The translations under genes and the position numbers were made by a program. A stretch of 64,000 nucleotides of DNA from Candidatus Latescibacterota bacterium (GTDB lineage Bacteria; Latescibacterota; UBA2968), in NCBI GenBank assembly GCA_965198115.1, contig OZ240241.1, positions 5,984,001 to 6,048,000 on the forward strand, in the 5' to 3' direction. Shown here piece by piece: positions 33,636-43,944 of this stretch (positions are counted from its first letter, which is position 1; every line of letters begins with the position of its first letter). The notes under the pieces are model-generated. The model saw only the letters and a list, made by a program, of their open reading frames with translations, did not search any database and had not been told where the DNA came from.

Positions 33636-33956
33636 GTGGGGAAGCCCGATCTCCGTCTCCGAAAGGAAGTTCGCGCCCTCCTGAAGTCCGGTCGTGTCTA
33701 TCGCGGCCGGCTTCTTCACGTACGGATTGGTCCTTCCAACCTTTCCCGAACCCTCATTTCGGTGCGACGGAAATTCGGCTCTGCAGTCGCCCGGAATCGT
33801 GTGCGACGGCAACTGCGGCATCTCTGCCAGGAACGGGATCTGCTCACCCTGCGCGGCCACCTCATCCTTCTGAGCGTCAGCGACGGAGCTTCCACGGCGA
33901 CCTACGAAGAACTGAAGGACGACTTTCTACGGGCTGTCCGTTCGCTCGATCTGTAG
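33636..33956 (+). CDS. rnpA: Ribonuclease P protein component
   Basis: ISVRRKFGSAVARNRVRRQLR (RNR motif); position after rpmH. Confidence 0.92.
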   Translation: MGKPDLRLRKEVRALLKSGRVYRGRLLHVRIGPSNLSRTLISVRRKFGSAVARNRVRRQLRHLCQERDLLTLRGHLILLSVSDGASTATYEELKDDFLRAVRSLDL

Positions 33957-33977
33957 CACCCTCCACCAACCGACGAT

Positions 33978-35675
33978 ATGGATAGAAGAACCCTCCTGGC
34001 CTTCGGACTGATCGGCATCATCATTTTCCTGATGCCCTATTACTTCCGGTGGATCAATGGCCAGCCCCTCATCCCTGAAGAATCGCTACCGACCTACCCA
34101 GAAGCGTCACAGCCTCAGGTATTGACCCGTCCCGTGCCGGAACTCGCCACGCCCCTGGCTCCCGTCCCCGATCCGGACGCAAGCAAAGAAACCGTCACTG
34201 CTTCGACGACCGAACCCGTTCCTTACCAGGCCCGCAACGTCGTTGTCGAGACGGAGCTCTACACAGCCACGTTCTCGACACGAGGGGGCCAGATCGTCAG
34301 CTGGCGTTTAAAAGATCACGTCGATGGGGCGGGCTATCCACTCGAGCTGATCGAACCAGGAACAGCGGGTCTGGGGTTGGCCGTCGCCGGGAAGGCGCTC
34401 ACGGAGGTCGAATTCTCCCCGAACCGTTTTCATCTACAGCTTATCGCACACGAACAGGGGGAAATCACGTTCACGGCGATGAGCGGTGGGAAGACGATCA
34501 CTACGCGGATACTGTTCCAGGGCAACCGCTACCGTGTCGAATTCTCCGTGTCCTCAGTGGGTTTGGCACCAGACGACAAGGTGCGTGTCGGCTGGGACAC
34601 CTTCCCCGCCGAGACAGAAGGGGAAACAGGGGAAGGAGGTGGGTTTTACGCGTTTGATTACGACCAGGTCGTAACGAGCGCGGGCGATGTCGTCGAATCG
34701 TGGACACGGGAAAACCTGGCCGATCTCGAACAGTCTCGCCCGAGTGGCCGGATCGGGTGGTTCTCGATCCGTGGGAAGTATTTCATGAGCGCCATCATCC
34801 CCGTGCACAGCCTCGTCTACGACCTGGATCTCCACGATCCGGATGGGACGCCACGTCGGCAGGTTGCGGCCATCCAGACGCACTATCCCGGAGAACCCCT
34901 CTCATTCGGTCTCTACATCGGCCCCCTGTCCTATCGACTCCTGACGCGTCAGGATATCGATCTCTACGGCAGAGAGACCGTTGTCGGTCTGGATGACATG
35001 GTCCAATTCGGGTGGGCCTTCCTTCGCCCGGTTCTCAAGCCCGCGACGATCCTGATCATCCACGCTTTTTCTGCTCTCCGCAACGCCATTCCCAACTACG
35101 GGCTCGTGATCATCATCTTTTCGATCCTGGTCAAGATCGTCCTCTTCCCTTTGACCCGCAAAAGCACCGAGGCGACAGCCAAGATGCAGGAACTGCAACC
35201 CCAAATCACGGTGTTGCGGGAGAAACACGGGGACAACCAGCAGAAATTGAATCAGGAGATGATGAAACTCTACAAGGATCAGAAAGTGAACCCCCTGGGG
35301 GGTTGTCTCCCCCTGTTTTTGCAGGCACCGATCCTCTTTTCGTTGTTCAACGTGTTCCGAAACGCCATAGAGCTGAGACAGGCGGGCTTCGTCCTATGGA
35401 TGACCGACCTGTCCAAGCCCGATACCCTGACCATCGGGAGCTTAGACGTCCACATTCTTCCGCTCATCATGGCAGGATCGATGTTCATTCAGCAGAAGAT
35501 GACTATGAAGGATCCGAAACAAGCCGCCCTCGTCTACATCATGCCCGTCTTCATGATCTGGATTTTCTGGAGCATGTCCTCCGGACTCGTCCTCTACTTC
35601 ACGATGTACAACCTCCTCTCGGTCTTCGAACAGAGGGCCGTTAAAAAGACGGTTCCCGCACCCCAGGCCGCCTGA
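33978..35675 (+). CDS. yidC: Membrane protein insertase YidC
   Basis: N-terminal TM, periplasmic domain, NYGLVII, KMQELQP, NPLGGCLP, SGLVLY. Confidence 0.95.
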   Translation: MDRRTLLAFGLIGIIIFLMPYYFRWINGQPLIPEESLPTYPEASQPQVLTRPVPELATPLAPVPDPDASKETVTASTTEPVPYQARNVVVETELYTATFSTRGGQIVSWRLKDHVDGAGYPLELIEPGTAGLGLAVAGKALTEVEFSPNRFHLQLIAHEQGEITFTAMSGGKTITTRILFQGNRYRVEFSVSSVGLAPDDKVRVGWDTFPAETEGETGEGGGFYAFDYDQVVTSAGDVVESWTRENLADLEQSRPSGRIGWFSIRGKYFMSAIIPVHSLVYDLDLHDPDGTPRRQVAAIQTHYPGEPLSFGLYIGPLSYRLLTRQDIDLYGRETVVGLDDMVQFGWAFLRPVLKPATILIIHAFSALRNAIPNYGLVIIIFSILVKIVLFPLTRKSTEATAKMQELQPQITVLREKHGDNQQKLNQEMMKLYKDQKVNPLGGCLPLFLQAPILFSLFNVFRNAIELRQAGFVLWMTDLSKPDTLTIGSLDVHILPLIMAGSMFIQQKMTMKDPKQAALVYIMPVFMIWIFWSMSSGLVLYFTMYNLLSVFEQRAVKKTVPAPQAA

Positions 35676-35689
35676 ACTCGATTTCCGCC

Positions 35690-37033
35690 GTGATCGCCTC
35701 CGATCAGGACACGATCGTCGCAGCTGCCACCGCCCACGGTGAGGCCGCCATCGGTATTGTCCGCCTGTCCGGGTCATCGGCCATTCCTATCGCCGCTCGA
35801 CACTGTCGTGGCTCCCTCGGTCAAGTCGAAGATCGACGTCTCACGCTCTCATCGTTCTGGATCGATGGCAAGCCGATCGACGATGTCATGGTAGTGGTCA
35901 TGCGTGGGCCGCATAGCTACACCGGCGAGGATACCGTCGAGATTCAGGCCCACGGGGGACCCGCACTGATCGATCGGATCGTGCGTGCCGTCGAAAAATC
36001 GGGTGCCAGGCGAGCTGAGCAGGGGGAGTTCACGAAGCGCGCCTTTCTGAACGGAAAGCTCGATCTTACGCAGGCCGAAGCCGTGATCGATCTGATCAAG
36101 GCGCACACCGACCTGGGCCTTGAGGCCGCCTATTTTCAGCTCAAAGGAGGACTCCGAGCGCGGTTCGAGGAGATCCGGGACCATCTTCGACGGGCGCTCG
36201 TTCTACTCGAAGCGCAACTCGATTTTTCAGAAGATGTCGAAGTCGATCCGAAAGCACTCGCACGAACGCTCGGAGAGGCTGCGCAGTCGATAGGGGATCA
36301 GATCGAAAGCTATCGACAGGGTAAACGGGTCAGGGAAGGCGCCCGAGTCGCTCTGTGCGGACAGCCGAACGTAGGGAAGTCGAGTCTGTTGAACGCACTG
36401 CTGGCGGAAGAGCGTGCTATCGTGACCGATGTTCCGGGCACCACTCGCGATACGATCGAAGAATCCGTCGATCTCGATGGGGTGCGGGTGACACTCACGG
36501 ATACGGCTGGGCTGCGAGCCACGACGGATTCGATCGAGATCGAGGGCAACAAACGGTCGATACGGGCCATCGAGCAGGCTGACCTCGTGATTCGCGTGGT
36601 CGACGGCCATCAGCCGCCCGGCGAGCAGGATCTCTCATTTCTTCGGGAAATCCATCCTCACGTGCTGGTCGTCGTCAATAAACGGGATCTGGGAACCCAT
36701 CCCGCGTGGGCAAACCGCCTGGCGTGTCCTTACGTCGAGGTGTCTGCTCTCAACGGGTCGGGACTCGGGAAGCTCCGTGCCGCGATTCGCGAGCATTGCT
36801 TGGGCGGAGAAGCGAACACCGAATCCGTCACCCACGAACGGCACGCGAGTCTGCTCAGCACCTCAAAAGAGGGCCTGGAGCGGGCACAAAAGGCCCTATC
36901 CAGGGACGAGCCCTGGGAGATCGTGAGCCTGGAGGTGGGCGAATCGATTGCGGCCCTGAGTGCCATTCTGGGTGAAACCACGCCCCAGGACACGCTCGAT
37001 GCCATTTTCACGACCTTCTGTATCGGGAAGTGA
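35690..37033 (+). CDS. mnmE: tRNA modification GTPase MnmE
   Basis: GIVRLSG, SYTGED, GQPNVGKSSL, PGTTRD, DTAG, NKRD, FCIGK. Confidence 0.96.
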   Translation: MIASDQDTIVAAATAHGEAAIGIVRLSGSSAIPIAARHCRGSLGQVEDRRLTLSSFWIDGKPIDDVMVVVMRGPHSYTGEDTVEIQAHGGPALIDRIVRAVEKSGARRAEQGEFTKRAFLNGKLDLTQAEAVIDLIKAHTDLGLEAAYFQLKGGLRARFEEIRDHLRRALVLLEAQLDFSEDVEVDPKALARTLGEAAQSIGDQIESYRQGKRVREGARVALCGQPNVGKSSLLNALLAEERAIVTDVPGTTRDTIEESVDLDGVRVTLTDTAGLRATTDSIEIEGNKRSIRAIEQADLVIRVVDGHQPPGEQDLSFLREIHPHVLVVVNKRDLGTHPAWANRLACPYVEVSALNGSGLGKLRAAIREHCLGGEANTESVTHERHASLLSTSKEGLERAQKALSRDEPWEIVSLEVGESIAALSAILGETTPQDTLDAIFTTFCIGK

Positions 37034-37713
37034 TGTTTCACGTGAAACGTAAAGCGGGCGATTCGGCTCTGGAGATGACGCAAGACGAGTTCTCCAGATA
37101 CACAGCCACGCTCGGTCTCTCTGTCGACGACCCGACTTTCGAGGCATTCAAGTACTATGCCGAACTGCTGCGGGCCTGGTCCCAGCGGGTCCGTCTGATT
37201 TCCCACGGTGATCGAGACCACATATGGAGCCGCCATTTTCTGGACAGTCTCACGGGCGTCCACGCTCTCTCGGAGGAAGGAAAGTTACTCGACCTCGGTT
37301 CAGGAGCTGGATTCCCCGGTCTCCCCCTTAAGCTCGTCGTGCCCGGACTTCGGGTCACCCTCGTCGATTCTGCCCGGATGAAGTGTTTGTTCCTGAAGCA
37401 GGTCGTGTCGGAGCTGCATCTTGACGCCGTCGAGGTCTCCCACGGAAGGGTTGAGGACATCCGGGATCGCTCCTTCGACCACGTCCTCGCCCGAGGCATC
37501 GGCTCTCTCAACACCTTATGGGCACTCGCGTGCCCCCTGCTAGACCACGGATCCAGTCTGATCGCCTACAAGGGACCTGATGAAGCGATCCATTTAGATG
37601 ATCCAGGCCTTGTGATCAACCGTCGTGTCGTCCGAAACCCGGCCAATGGTCGGGAACGGGCCATCGTTTCCGTCAGACGGAGCGATGACGTTCCACGTGA
37701 AACACCCGTGTAG
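37033..37713 (+). CDS. rsmG: 16S rRNA m7G527 methyltransferase
   Basis: RHFLDSL, LDLGSGAGFPGLPL, LVDS, YKG; start at 37030/37033 or 37075. Confidence 0.9.
   Translation: MFHVKRKAGDSALEMTQDEFSRYTATLGLSVDDPTFEAFKYYAELLRAWSQRVRLISHGDRDHIWSRHFLDSLTGVHALSEEGKLLDLGSGAGFPGLPLKLVVPGLRVTLVDSARMKCLFLKQVVSELHLDAVEVSHGRVEDIRDRSFDHVLARGIGSLNTLWALACPLLDHGSSLIAYKGPDEAIHLDDPGLVINRRVVRNPANGRERAIVSVRRSDDVPRETPV
37034..37049. other. parS site
   Basis: TGTTTCACGTGAAACG, 1 mismatch to TGTTTCACGTGAAACA. Confidence 0.88.
37689..37704. other. parS site
   Basis: CGTTCCACGTGAAACA within the last codons of rsmG. Confidence 0.85.
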
Positions 37714-37742
37714 AATCCCAACAGGGATGACCATCTGAACAA

Positions 37743-37790
37743 ATAGAGAACCCCCGCTCCCAAGATCATTCGGGTGCGGGGGCTCTCTAT
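37743..37790. terminator. Hairpin between convergent rsmG and FAH-family genes
   Basis: atagaga.cccccgc.ccc...gggtgcgggggctctctat. Confidence 0.65.
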
Positions 37791-37807
37791 TCCGTCTAAA
37801 GGCGCAC

Positions 37808-38647
37808 CTACACGCAGGTGTTCTCCAGGCGTCCGAGTCCTTCCACCTCGCAAACCACTTTATCTCCCGGCTTCAGCCAAATCTGGGGGTCTCTCGCCAT
37901 CCCGACTCCGGGTGGCGTCCCGGTGAAAATCAGGTCTCCTGGTGCAAGCGTGAACACGTGAGATAGGTAGGCGATCAACTGAGGCACGTTGAAGATCAGC
38001 TGAGCTGTGTTCGAATCCTGCACGGTTTCTCCGTTGAGTTCACAACGAATCGCCAGAGTGTGTGGATCGGCGACCTCGTCGGACGTGACGATATCGGGGC
38101 CGATCGGCGCGAAGGTGTCGAACGTCTTCCCCAGCATCCACTGGCCGCCCGGCTTCTCCAGCTGGTAGTCGCGGGCGCTGACGTCGTGACCGACGGTATA
38201 GCCGGCAACGTAATTCATCGCATCCGCCTCTGATATGTCTCGACCACCCGTTCCGATCACAACGACCAGCTCCACCTCGTAGTCCGTCTTTTGGCTCGTG
38301 GGTGGCACCCGAATTTCGCCACCCGGCCCGATGATGGAGGACGTGTATTTAGAGAAGATGATCGGTTCTTCCGGAATGGGCATGCCGCTCTCTGCGGCGT
38401 GGTCGGCATAGTTGAGGCCGATGCAAATGATCTTCTCCGGATTCAGGATCGGGGCAAGAATTCTCGCGCTGTCCGCATCGACACCGCCCCCGGCACCGAT
38501 AGCGGCCTCTGCCGCCTTCAAAGCCTGGGCCCCGCCCTCGAGGAACGATCGCGTGTCGGCAGCGATGCTCGAGAGGTCGATGATGGTCCCATTGCTTCGA
38601 GCCCCCAGGGTCGGTGCGCCCCCCTTTTCAAACGTAACCAGACGCAT
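37808..38647 (-). CDS. Fumarylacetoacetate hydrolase family protein
   Basis: KIICIGLNYADH, DYEVEL, DVSARDYQ, GKTFDTF, TGTPPGVG. Confidence 0.92.
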   Translation of the reverse strand: MRLVTFEKGGAPTLGARSNGTIIDLSSIAADTRSFLEGGAQALKAAEAAIGAGGGVDADSARILAPILNPEKIICIGLNYADHAAESGMPIPEEPIIFSKYTSSIIGPGGEIRVPPTSQKTDYEVELVVVIGTGGRDISEADAMNYVAGYTVGHDVSARDYQLEKPGGQWMLGKTFDTFAPIGPDIVTSDEVADPHTLAIRCELNGETVQDSNTAQLIFNVPQLIAYLSHVFTLAPGDLIFTGTPPGVGMARDPQIWLKPGDKVVCEVEGLGRLENTCV

Positions 38648-38683
38648 GTGTGTAATCTCCTTAATTTACTGTTAATAAAGAAT

Positions 38684-40075
38684 TTAAGTTGATGATGTCG
38701 TCATGTCTTCCGGACATACGTAATGATCGAACTGCTCCGCGGTGAGGAACCCCTGTGCAATGGCAGATTCCTTGAGCGTCAGATTTTCTTCGTATGCCTT
38801 TTTTGCGACTTTGGCGGCGTTGTCGTATCCGATGTGGGGGTTGAGGGCAGTCACGAGCATCAGGGACTCGTTCAGCGAACGCTGAATTCTATCCTCATTA
38901 GGCTCGATTCCGACGGCACAGTGCGCTTCGAAAGCCACACAGGCGTCGGCGAGCAATCGGATGGATTGCAGCAGGTTGTGAATCAGAACCGGTTTGAACA
39001 CGTTGAGCTCGAAGTTTCCCGACGCGCCCGCTATCCCGATCGTCGTATCGTTGCCCATCACCTGCGCCGCCACCATCGTCATAGCTTCACTCTGGGTGGG
39101 GTTCACCTTCCCGGGCATGATCGAGCTCCCTGGCTCGTTTTCGGGAATCCGCAGCTCGCCTATCCCACACCGCGGGCCTGATGCCAACCATCGGATGTCA
39201 TTGGCGATCTTCATGAGTGCGCCTGCGAGGACTTTGAGACTTCCACTGGCCTGGACGATGGCATCGTGGGCGGCGAGCGACTCGAACTTGTTTGGGGCGG
39301 AGACGAAAGGCATCACGGTCATTTCGGCAATCTTGGCCGCCGCACGTAAGCCGAACTCTGGATGGGTGTTGAGACCCGTGCCGACGGCGGTCCCGCCGAG
39401 CGCCAGCTCGTAAAGGTCGGGGAGGCTTCGCTCGATCCGTTCGATTCCCTTCGTGAGCTGAGCGACATAGCCCGAGAATTCCTGCCCGAGGGTCAGGGGG
39501 ACCGCGTCCATCAGGTGTGTGCGTCCGAGTTTCGTGATATGGGCAAACGTGCTGGCTTTGACATCGAGGGTGTCTCGGAGCTTCGACACAGCAGGGAGCA
39601 GCCGTCGCTGGATCTCCTCGGCTGCGGCGATGTGCATGGCCGTGGGAAAGGTGTCGTTCGACGATTGACCCATGTTGACGTCGTCGTTGGGATGGACCGG
39701 ATTCTTGCTCCCGAGCGTTCCACCCGTGAATTCGATCGCCCGGTTCGAGATCACCTCGTTGGTGTTCATGTTCGACTGTGTTCCACTGCCGGTCTGCCAG
39801 ACTCTGAGGGGAAAATGATCGTCCAACAGACCCTCGATGACTTCGTCGGCTGCCCTGGCGATCAGATCTGCCTTTTCAGAGGGTAACTTTCCCAGCTCGG
39901 CGTTCACGAGGGCGGCTGCTCTCTTGAGGATTCCCATGGCCCGAATCAGCTCCCGGGGCAGGGTTTCGGTGCCAATATCGAAGTGGATGAGGGAGCGTGC
40001 GGTCTGTGCCCCATAATAGCGATCGTCGGGGACTTCAATCTCCCCCATGCTGTCTGTTTCGATGCGAGGGCTCAT
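38684..40075 (-). CDS. fumC: Class II fumarate hydratase
   Basis: [42 protein letters not shown]. Confidence 0.96.
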   Translation of the reverse strand: MSPRIETDSMGEIEVPDDRYYGAQTARSLIHFDIGTETLPRELIRAMGILKRAAALVNAELGKLPSEKADLIARAADEVIEGLLDDHFPLRVWQTGSGTQSNMNTNEVISNRAIEFTGGTLGSKNPVHPNDDVNMGQSSNDTFPTAMHIAAAEEIQRRLLPAVSKLRDTLDVKASTFAHITKLGRTHLMDAVPLTLGQEFSGYVAQLTKGIERIERSLPDLYELALGGTAVGTGLNTHPEFGLRAAAKIAEMTVMPFVSAPNKFESLAAHDAIVQASGSLKVLAGALMKIANDIRWLASGPRCGIGELRIPENEPGSSIMPGKVNPTQSEAMTMVAAQVMGNDTTIGIAGASGNFELNVFKPVLIHNLLQSIRLLADACVAFEAHCAVGIEPNEDRIQRSLNESLMLVTALNPHIGYDNAAKVAKKAYEENLTLKESAIAQGFLTAEQFDHYVCPEDMTTSST

Positions 40076-40285
40076 GCGTTCTCCGACTGAACGGAGTTAA
40101 CCACCACGATCCGGCCAAGGTAATCGGCCCTATGTGAAGGAGCAAGCGAAAGTGGGCTGTGAAGGTCCGACACTAGGTCGAATTCCCCGAACCTCTTGCT
40201 ACCCTTTTCTGATTTAGGTAACTTGGCCGAGCTTCGCTCGAACGATAGAGTTCCGAGAAACGGACATCCACGGAGATCGAATGTA

Positions 40286-41527
40286 ATGGCTGAAGTCCCG
40301 CAAGATGGAGAGGAAATCACCCTTTCGGACGGGGTTCTGAAGGTTCCCGATCGACCGATTATCCCCTTCATCGAGGGGGACGGGACCGGACCCGACATCT
40401 GGCGATCGGCTTCTGCCGTGATGGAGGCTGCGATCCAGAAAGCCTACGGTGGGAAACGCCAGATCGCGTGGATGGAGGTCCTGGCGGGGGAGAAATCGTT
40501 CAACGAAACCGGGTCCTGGTTGCCCGACGAGACGGTGGACGCATTCAGGACTTATCTCGTGGGCATCAAAGGCCCTCTGACGACCCCGGTCGGTGGAGGC
40601 ATCCGCAGTCTGAACGTCGCGCTCCGGCAGATCCTGGATCTCTACGTGTGTCTGCGACCCGTACGCTACTTTGCGGGCGTACCGTCACCGGTTCGCCATC
40701 CAGAACTCGTAGATATGGTGATTTTTCGTGAGAACACCGAGGATATCTACGCGGGGATCGAATTCGAGGACGGGTCGGAGGAGAATACAAAGTTCAAAGC
40801 TCTTCTGCAGGAACACTTTCCGGAATCCTACAAGAAGATCCGGTTCCCGGACACGGCAGGCATCGGTCTGAAGCCGGTTTCGCGCGAAGGCACATCCCGC
40901 CTGGTCAAGGCGGCGATCGACTATGCCGTCGACCAGAGGCGCGACAGCGTCACCCTCGTTCACAAAGGGAACATTATGAAGTTCTCAGAGGGTGCCTTCA
41001 TGGACTGGGGTTACGAGGTCGCCCGGACCGACTACGGGGGAGACTTGATCGACGGTGGTCCGTGGACCCTGGTGAAGGCGAATGGCCACGAGATCGTGAT
41101 CAAAGACGTCATCGCCGACGCGTTTTTGCAGCAGATTCTGACACGGCCCGCCGAATACGGCGTGATCGCGACGATGAACCTGAACGGCGACTACGTGAGC
41201 GACGCCCTCGCTGCGCAGGTCGGCGGGATCGGGATCGCCCCCGGCGGCAACATCAACTACCAGACGGGGCACGCCATTTTCGAGGCGACCCACGGGACCG
41301 CTCCGAAATACGCGGGACAGGACAAGGTGAACCCGGGTTCGGTCCTGCTGTCGGGAGAGATGATGCTGCGTCATCTGGGCTGGCACGAAGCGTGCGACCT
41401 GATCGTTTCCGGTTTGGAGAAGACGATCTCGTCGAAGGTGGTGACCTACGATTTTGCGCGTTTGATGGATGGGGCGAAGGAAGTGAAGTGTTCCGAGTTC
41501 GGGCGGGCCGTGATCGAGAACATGTGA
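40286..41527 (+). CDS. icd: NADP-dependent isocitrate dehydrogenase (dimeric type)
   Basis: [45 protein letters not shown]; ATG at 40286. Confidence 0.96.
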   Translation: MAEVPQDGEEITLSDGVLKVPDRPIIPFIEGDGTGPDIWRSASAVMEAAIQKAYGGKRQIAWMEVLAGEKSFNETGSWLPDETVDAFRTYLVGIKGPLTTPVGGGIRSLNVALRQILDLYVCLRPVRYFAGVPSPVRHPELVDMVIFRENTEDIYAGIEFEDGSEENTKFKALLQEHFPESYKKIRFPDTAGIGLKPVSREGTSRLVKAAIDYAVDQRRDSVTLVHKGNIMKFSEGAFMDWGYEVARTDYGGDLIDGGPWTLVKANGHEIVIKDVIADAFLQQILTRPAEYGVIATMNLNGDYVSDALAAQVGGIGIAPGGNINYQTGHAIFEATHGTAPKYAGQDKVNPGSVLLSGEMMLRHLGWHEACDLIVSGLEKTISSKVVTYDFARLMDGAKEVKCSEFGRAVIENM

Positions 41528-41546
41528 GTCGATTCTGGCGTGCCAC

Positions 41547-42260
41547 TTGTCTTTGGGGGCTAACGTGGGATCAACGAGATGGATTGCTTGGGTCACCTTG
41601 CTGGGTATGGCTTGCACCGATCAGGCCAAGACCGATCAGACCAAGATCGACCAGATGGAGCAAGAGAACGCGAACCTGCAAGAAAAGGTCAAAGATCTCG
41701 AGCGAAAACTCGCCGGCTCTGAGGCGGTCAGGACGGTCCTCAACGATCGAATGTCTTTTCTGGCCAAGCATATCGAGGGGATCAAAGCGACGATCGTTAC
41801 GACGGAGGGGGACATCGAGGTTGGCTTTTACCCCGACAAGGCCCCGATACACGCTTTCAATTTCATCACGAGGGCCGAGAGCGGGTTCTACGACGGAACC
41901 ATCTTCCACCGGGTCATCAAGGATTTCATGATCCAGGGCGGCGATCCCCTTAGCAAGGACAAGAACCCGGCCAACGACGGATCGGGCGGCCCCGTTGTCC
42001 AGATTCCCCACGAGTTCAACGATGTGAAGCACGTTCCCGGGATTCTGTCGATGGCACGAACGTCCGACGTAACCGCGGGGGCGGGGAGCCAGTTTTTCAT
42101 CATGCACGGTACGACTCCCGCGCTGGACGGAAACTACACGGTGTTCGGGAAGGTTTCCAACGGGATGAACGTCGTGAACAAGATTGCGGAAGCTAAAACT
42201 GGACAGGGCGATCGCCCATCCAAAGCGATGAAGATCATTCGCATCGACGTCAAGCGGTAG
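41547..42260 (+). CDS. Cyclophilin-type PPIase lipoprotein with N-terminal coiled coil
   Basis: Lipobox LGMAC, FHRVIKDFMIQGGDP, AGSQFFI, LDGNYTVFG; start uncertain. Confidence 0.88.
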   Translation: MSLGANVGSTRWIAWVTLLGMACTDQAKTDQTKIDQMEQENANLQEKVKDLERKLAGSEAVRTVLNDRMSFLAKHIEGIKATIVTTEGDIEVGFYPDKAPIHAFNFITRAESGFYDGTIFHRVIKDFMIQGGDPLSKDKNPANDGSGGPVVQIPHEFNDVKHVPGILSMARTSDVTAGAGSQFFIMHGTTPALDGNYTVFGKVSNGMNVVNKIAEAKTGQGDRPSKAMKIIRIDVKR

Positions 42261-42318
42261 TGTCCATGCGATAAGGACGATCGGCGAACCCCTGGGATTT
42301 CGATTTCCTTCTTGGGGG

Positions 42319-42431
42319 TTTTCCACTTTTACACAGTCAGCTCCTATGTCCCTACATAGACCCGATCAGGTGAGAAACAGTTAGAAATCCACACGTTATC
42401 TACACCCTCGACAGCTACCCGGAGTGGATAA
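42319..42431. promoter_or_regulatory. Secondary DnaA-box cluster
   Basis: TTTTCCACT 42319, TTTTACACA 42327, AAATCCACA 42385, TTATCTACA 42396, AGTGGATAA 42423 in an AT-rich intergenic region. Confidence 0.6.
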
Positions 42432-42496
42432 CGTAAATCTGCCTCCAATATGGGGAACTCGTTGTTTTATAGTGGGTTTAGGCTTGGTAATTTCAC

Positions 42497-43159
42497 TTGC
42501 TGGCCCATGACCTTTGGTCTATATTTTCCAGCGGCACTTGCGATTTTAGCCCCGGGAGCCTCACGCGCTTGATCGAGAGAGTCAAAGACGATGTGGCAGC
42601 AATGCTGCAGCCTTCCACGAACTTTCTCGTGCGGCTTCGCTGTTCGCCCGATGTTCTGACCCTCCTGGGGTTCGCACTCAATCTGCTCGCCGCAACGCTG
42701 TTCGCCCTGGGGTTCTACCGATGGGGCGGTTTGGCTGTCCTGATCGCGGGCGTTTTCGACTTCTTCGACGGGCAAGTGGCGCGTGCCGGAAAGACCGCAT
42801 CGAAGTTCGGTGCGCTCCTCGACTCGACGGTCGATCGGTATTCTGAGATCATCGTCTGGTTCGGACTGGCCGTGAGCTTCATCCGGGCCGGGTCGCTGTG
42901 GACGAGCTCGGCCCTTTTCTTCGCCATGGCCGGATCTTTGATGGTGAGCTACGTAAGAGCCCGTGCGGAAGGTCTGGGCGAAGAGTGTAACATCGGTTTC
43001 ATGCAGCGTCCCGAGCGTGTGATTGCGCTCGGCGCGGGGGGTCTGATCGGCACGATCGGCCTAACGGCCGCTGCGTGGGTGATCGCCGTGCTTTCGAACG
43101 TCACTGCCCTCGAACGTGTCCTCTACGTTCGTCGGCAGACCCGCGAAGACGAGTCCTGA
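42497..43159 (+). CDS. CDP-alcohol phosphatidyltransferase (PIP-synthase-like clade)
   Basis: DFFDGQVAR...GALLDSTVDRYSE, VSYVRARAEGLG, GFMQRPER; true start probably downstream (42569 or 42602). Confidence 0.85.
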   Translation: MLAHDLWSIFSSGTCDFSPGSLTRLIERVKDDVAAMLQPSTNFLVRLRCSPDVLTLLGFALNLLAATLFALGFYRWGGLAVLIAGVFDFFDGQVARAGKTASKFGALLDSTVDRYSEIIVWFGLAVSFIRAGSLWTSSALFFAMAGSLMVSYVRARAEGLGEECNIGFMQRPERVIALGAGGLIGTIGLTAAAWVIAVLSNVTALERVLYVRRQTREDES

Positions 43160-43196
43160 ATCCCGCATCGACGTCTCTTCGTCACCGGTTCCGACG

Positions 43197-43221
43197 CCCT
43201 TCGACTACGCTCAGGGTAGGC
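43197..43221. repeat. REP-like 25-mer, inverted copy of 4605-4629
   Basis: cccttcgactacgctcagggtaggc; its reverse complement differs from 4605-4629 at 2 positions. Confidence 0.8.
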
Positions 43222-43255
43222 TCGGGGCCGGTTCGCTTTTGGGCGATCGACCACC

Positions 43256-43885
43256 ATGGCCGGATATTTCCTGACGTTCGAAGGAATCGATGGCAACGGG
43301 AAGAGCACGCACGCTCTACGATTGGCCGAGGTCTTCAAGAGCGCCGGAAACCGTGTCGTCCTGACGCACGAGCCCGGTGCCACGCCGCTCGGTCAAAGGC
43401 TGAGATCCGAGCTGCTGAGTGGTGAGGAACCGATCTCGGATGTGGCCGAGCTGTTGCTGTTCGCCGCCGATCGGGCCCAACACGTGAGCGAGGTCATTCG
43501 CCCTGCGCTCGAACGAGGCCACGTCGTTATCTCCGATCGCTTTGCCGATTCGACACGCGCGTATCAGGGATTCGGCCGAGGTGTCGACCGGGCCCTGCTC
43601 GAACGCGCCATTTCCTTGGCAACCGGCGGCCTCACGCCCGATTTGACGATCCTGATCGACGTCGAATTGGCCGAGGCACGGGCCCGATCGGACGACGAAC
43701 CGGATCGATTGGAAAGCGAGCCGGACGTCTTTTTCGAACGAGTGCGTCGGGGCTTCCTTGACCTCGCTTCCGAAGATCCCGACCGTATTCGTGTGGTCGA
43801 TGGCTCCGGATCGCTCGATGCCACAGCCGCCGCCATCCTGGCCGCGGTCGGCGATCGTTTACCCGACCTGAAACAATCCGTCTGA
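43256..43885 (+). CDS. tmk: Thymidylate kinase
   Basis: FEGIDGNGKST, EPG, LLFAADRAQH, ISDRFADSTRAYQG, PDLT. Confidence 0.95.
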   Translation: MAGYFLTFEGIDGNGKSTHALRLAEVFKSAGNRVVLTHEPGATPLGQRLRSELLSGEEPISDVAELLLFAADRAQHVSEVIRPALERGHVVISDRFADSTRAYQGFGRGVDRALLERAISLATGGLTPDLTILIDVELAEARARSDDEPDRLESEPDVFFERVRRGFLDLASEDPDRIRVVDGSGSLDATAAAILAAVGDRLPDLKQSV

Positions 43886-43944
43886 CGAAGCGTCAGCGTG
43901 ACGGGTGTTGGAGCACTGCCGCCGCTTCACCCGCTGGAGGCTTT

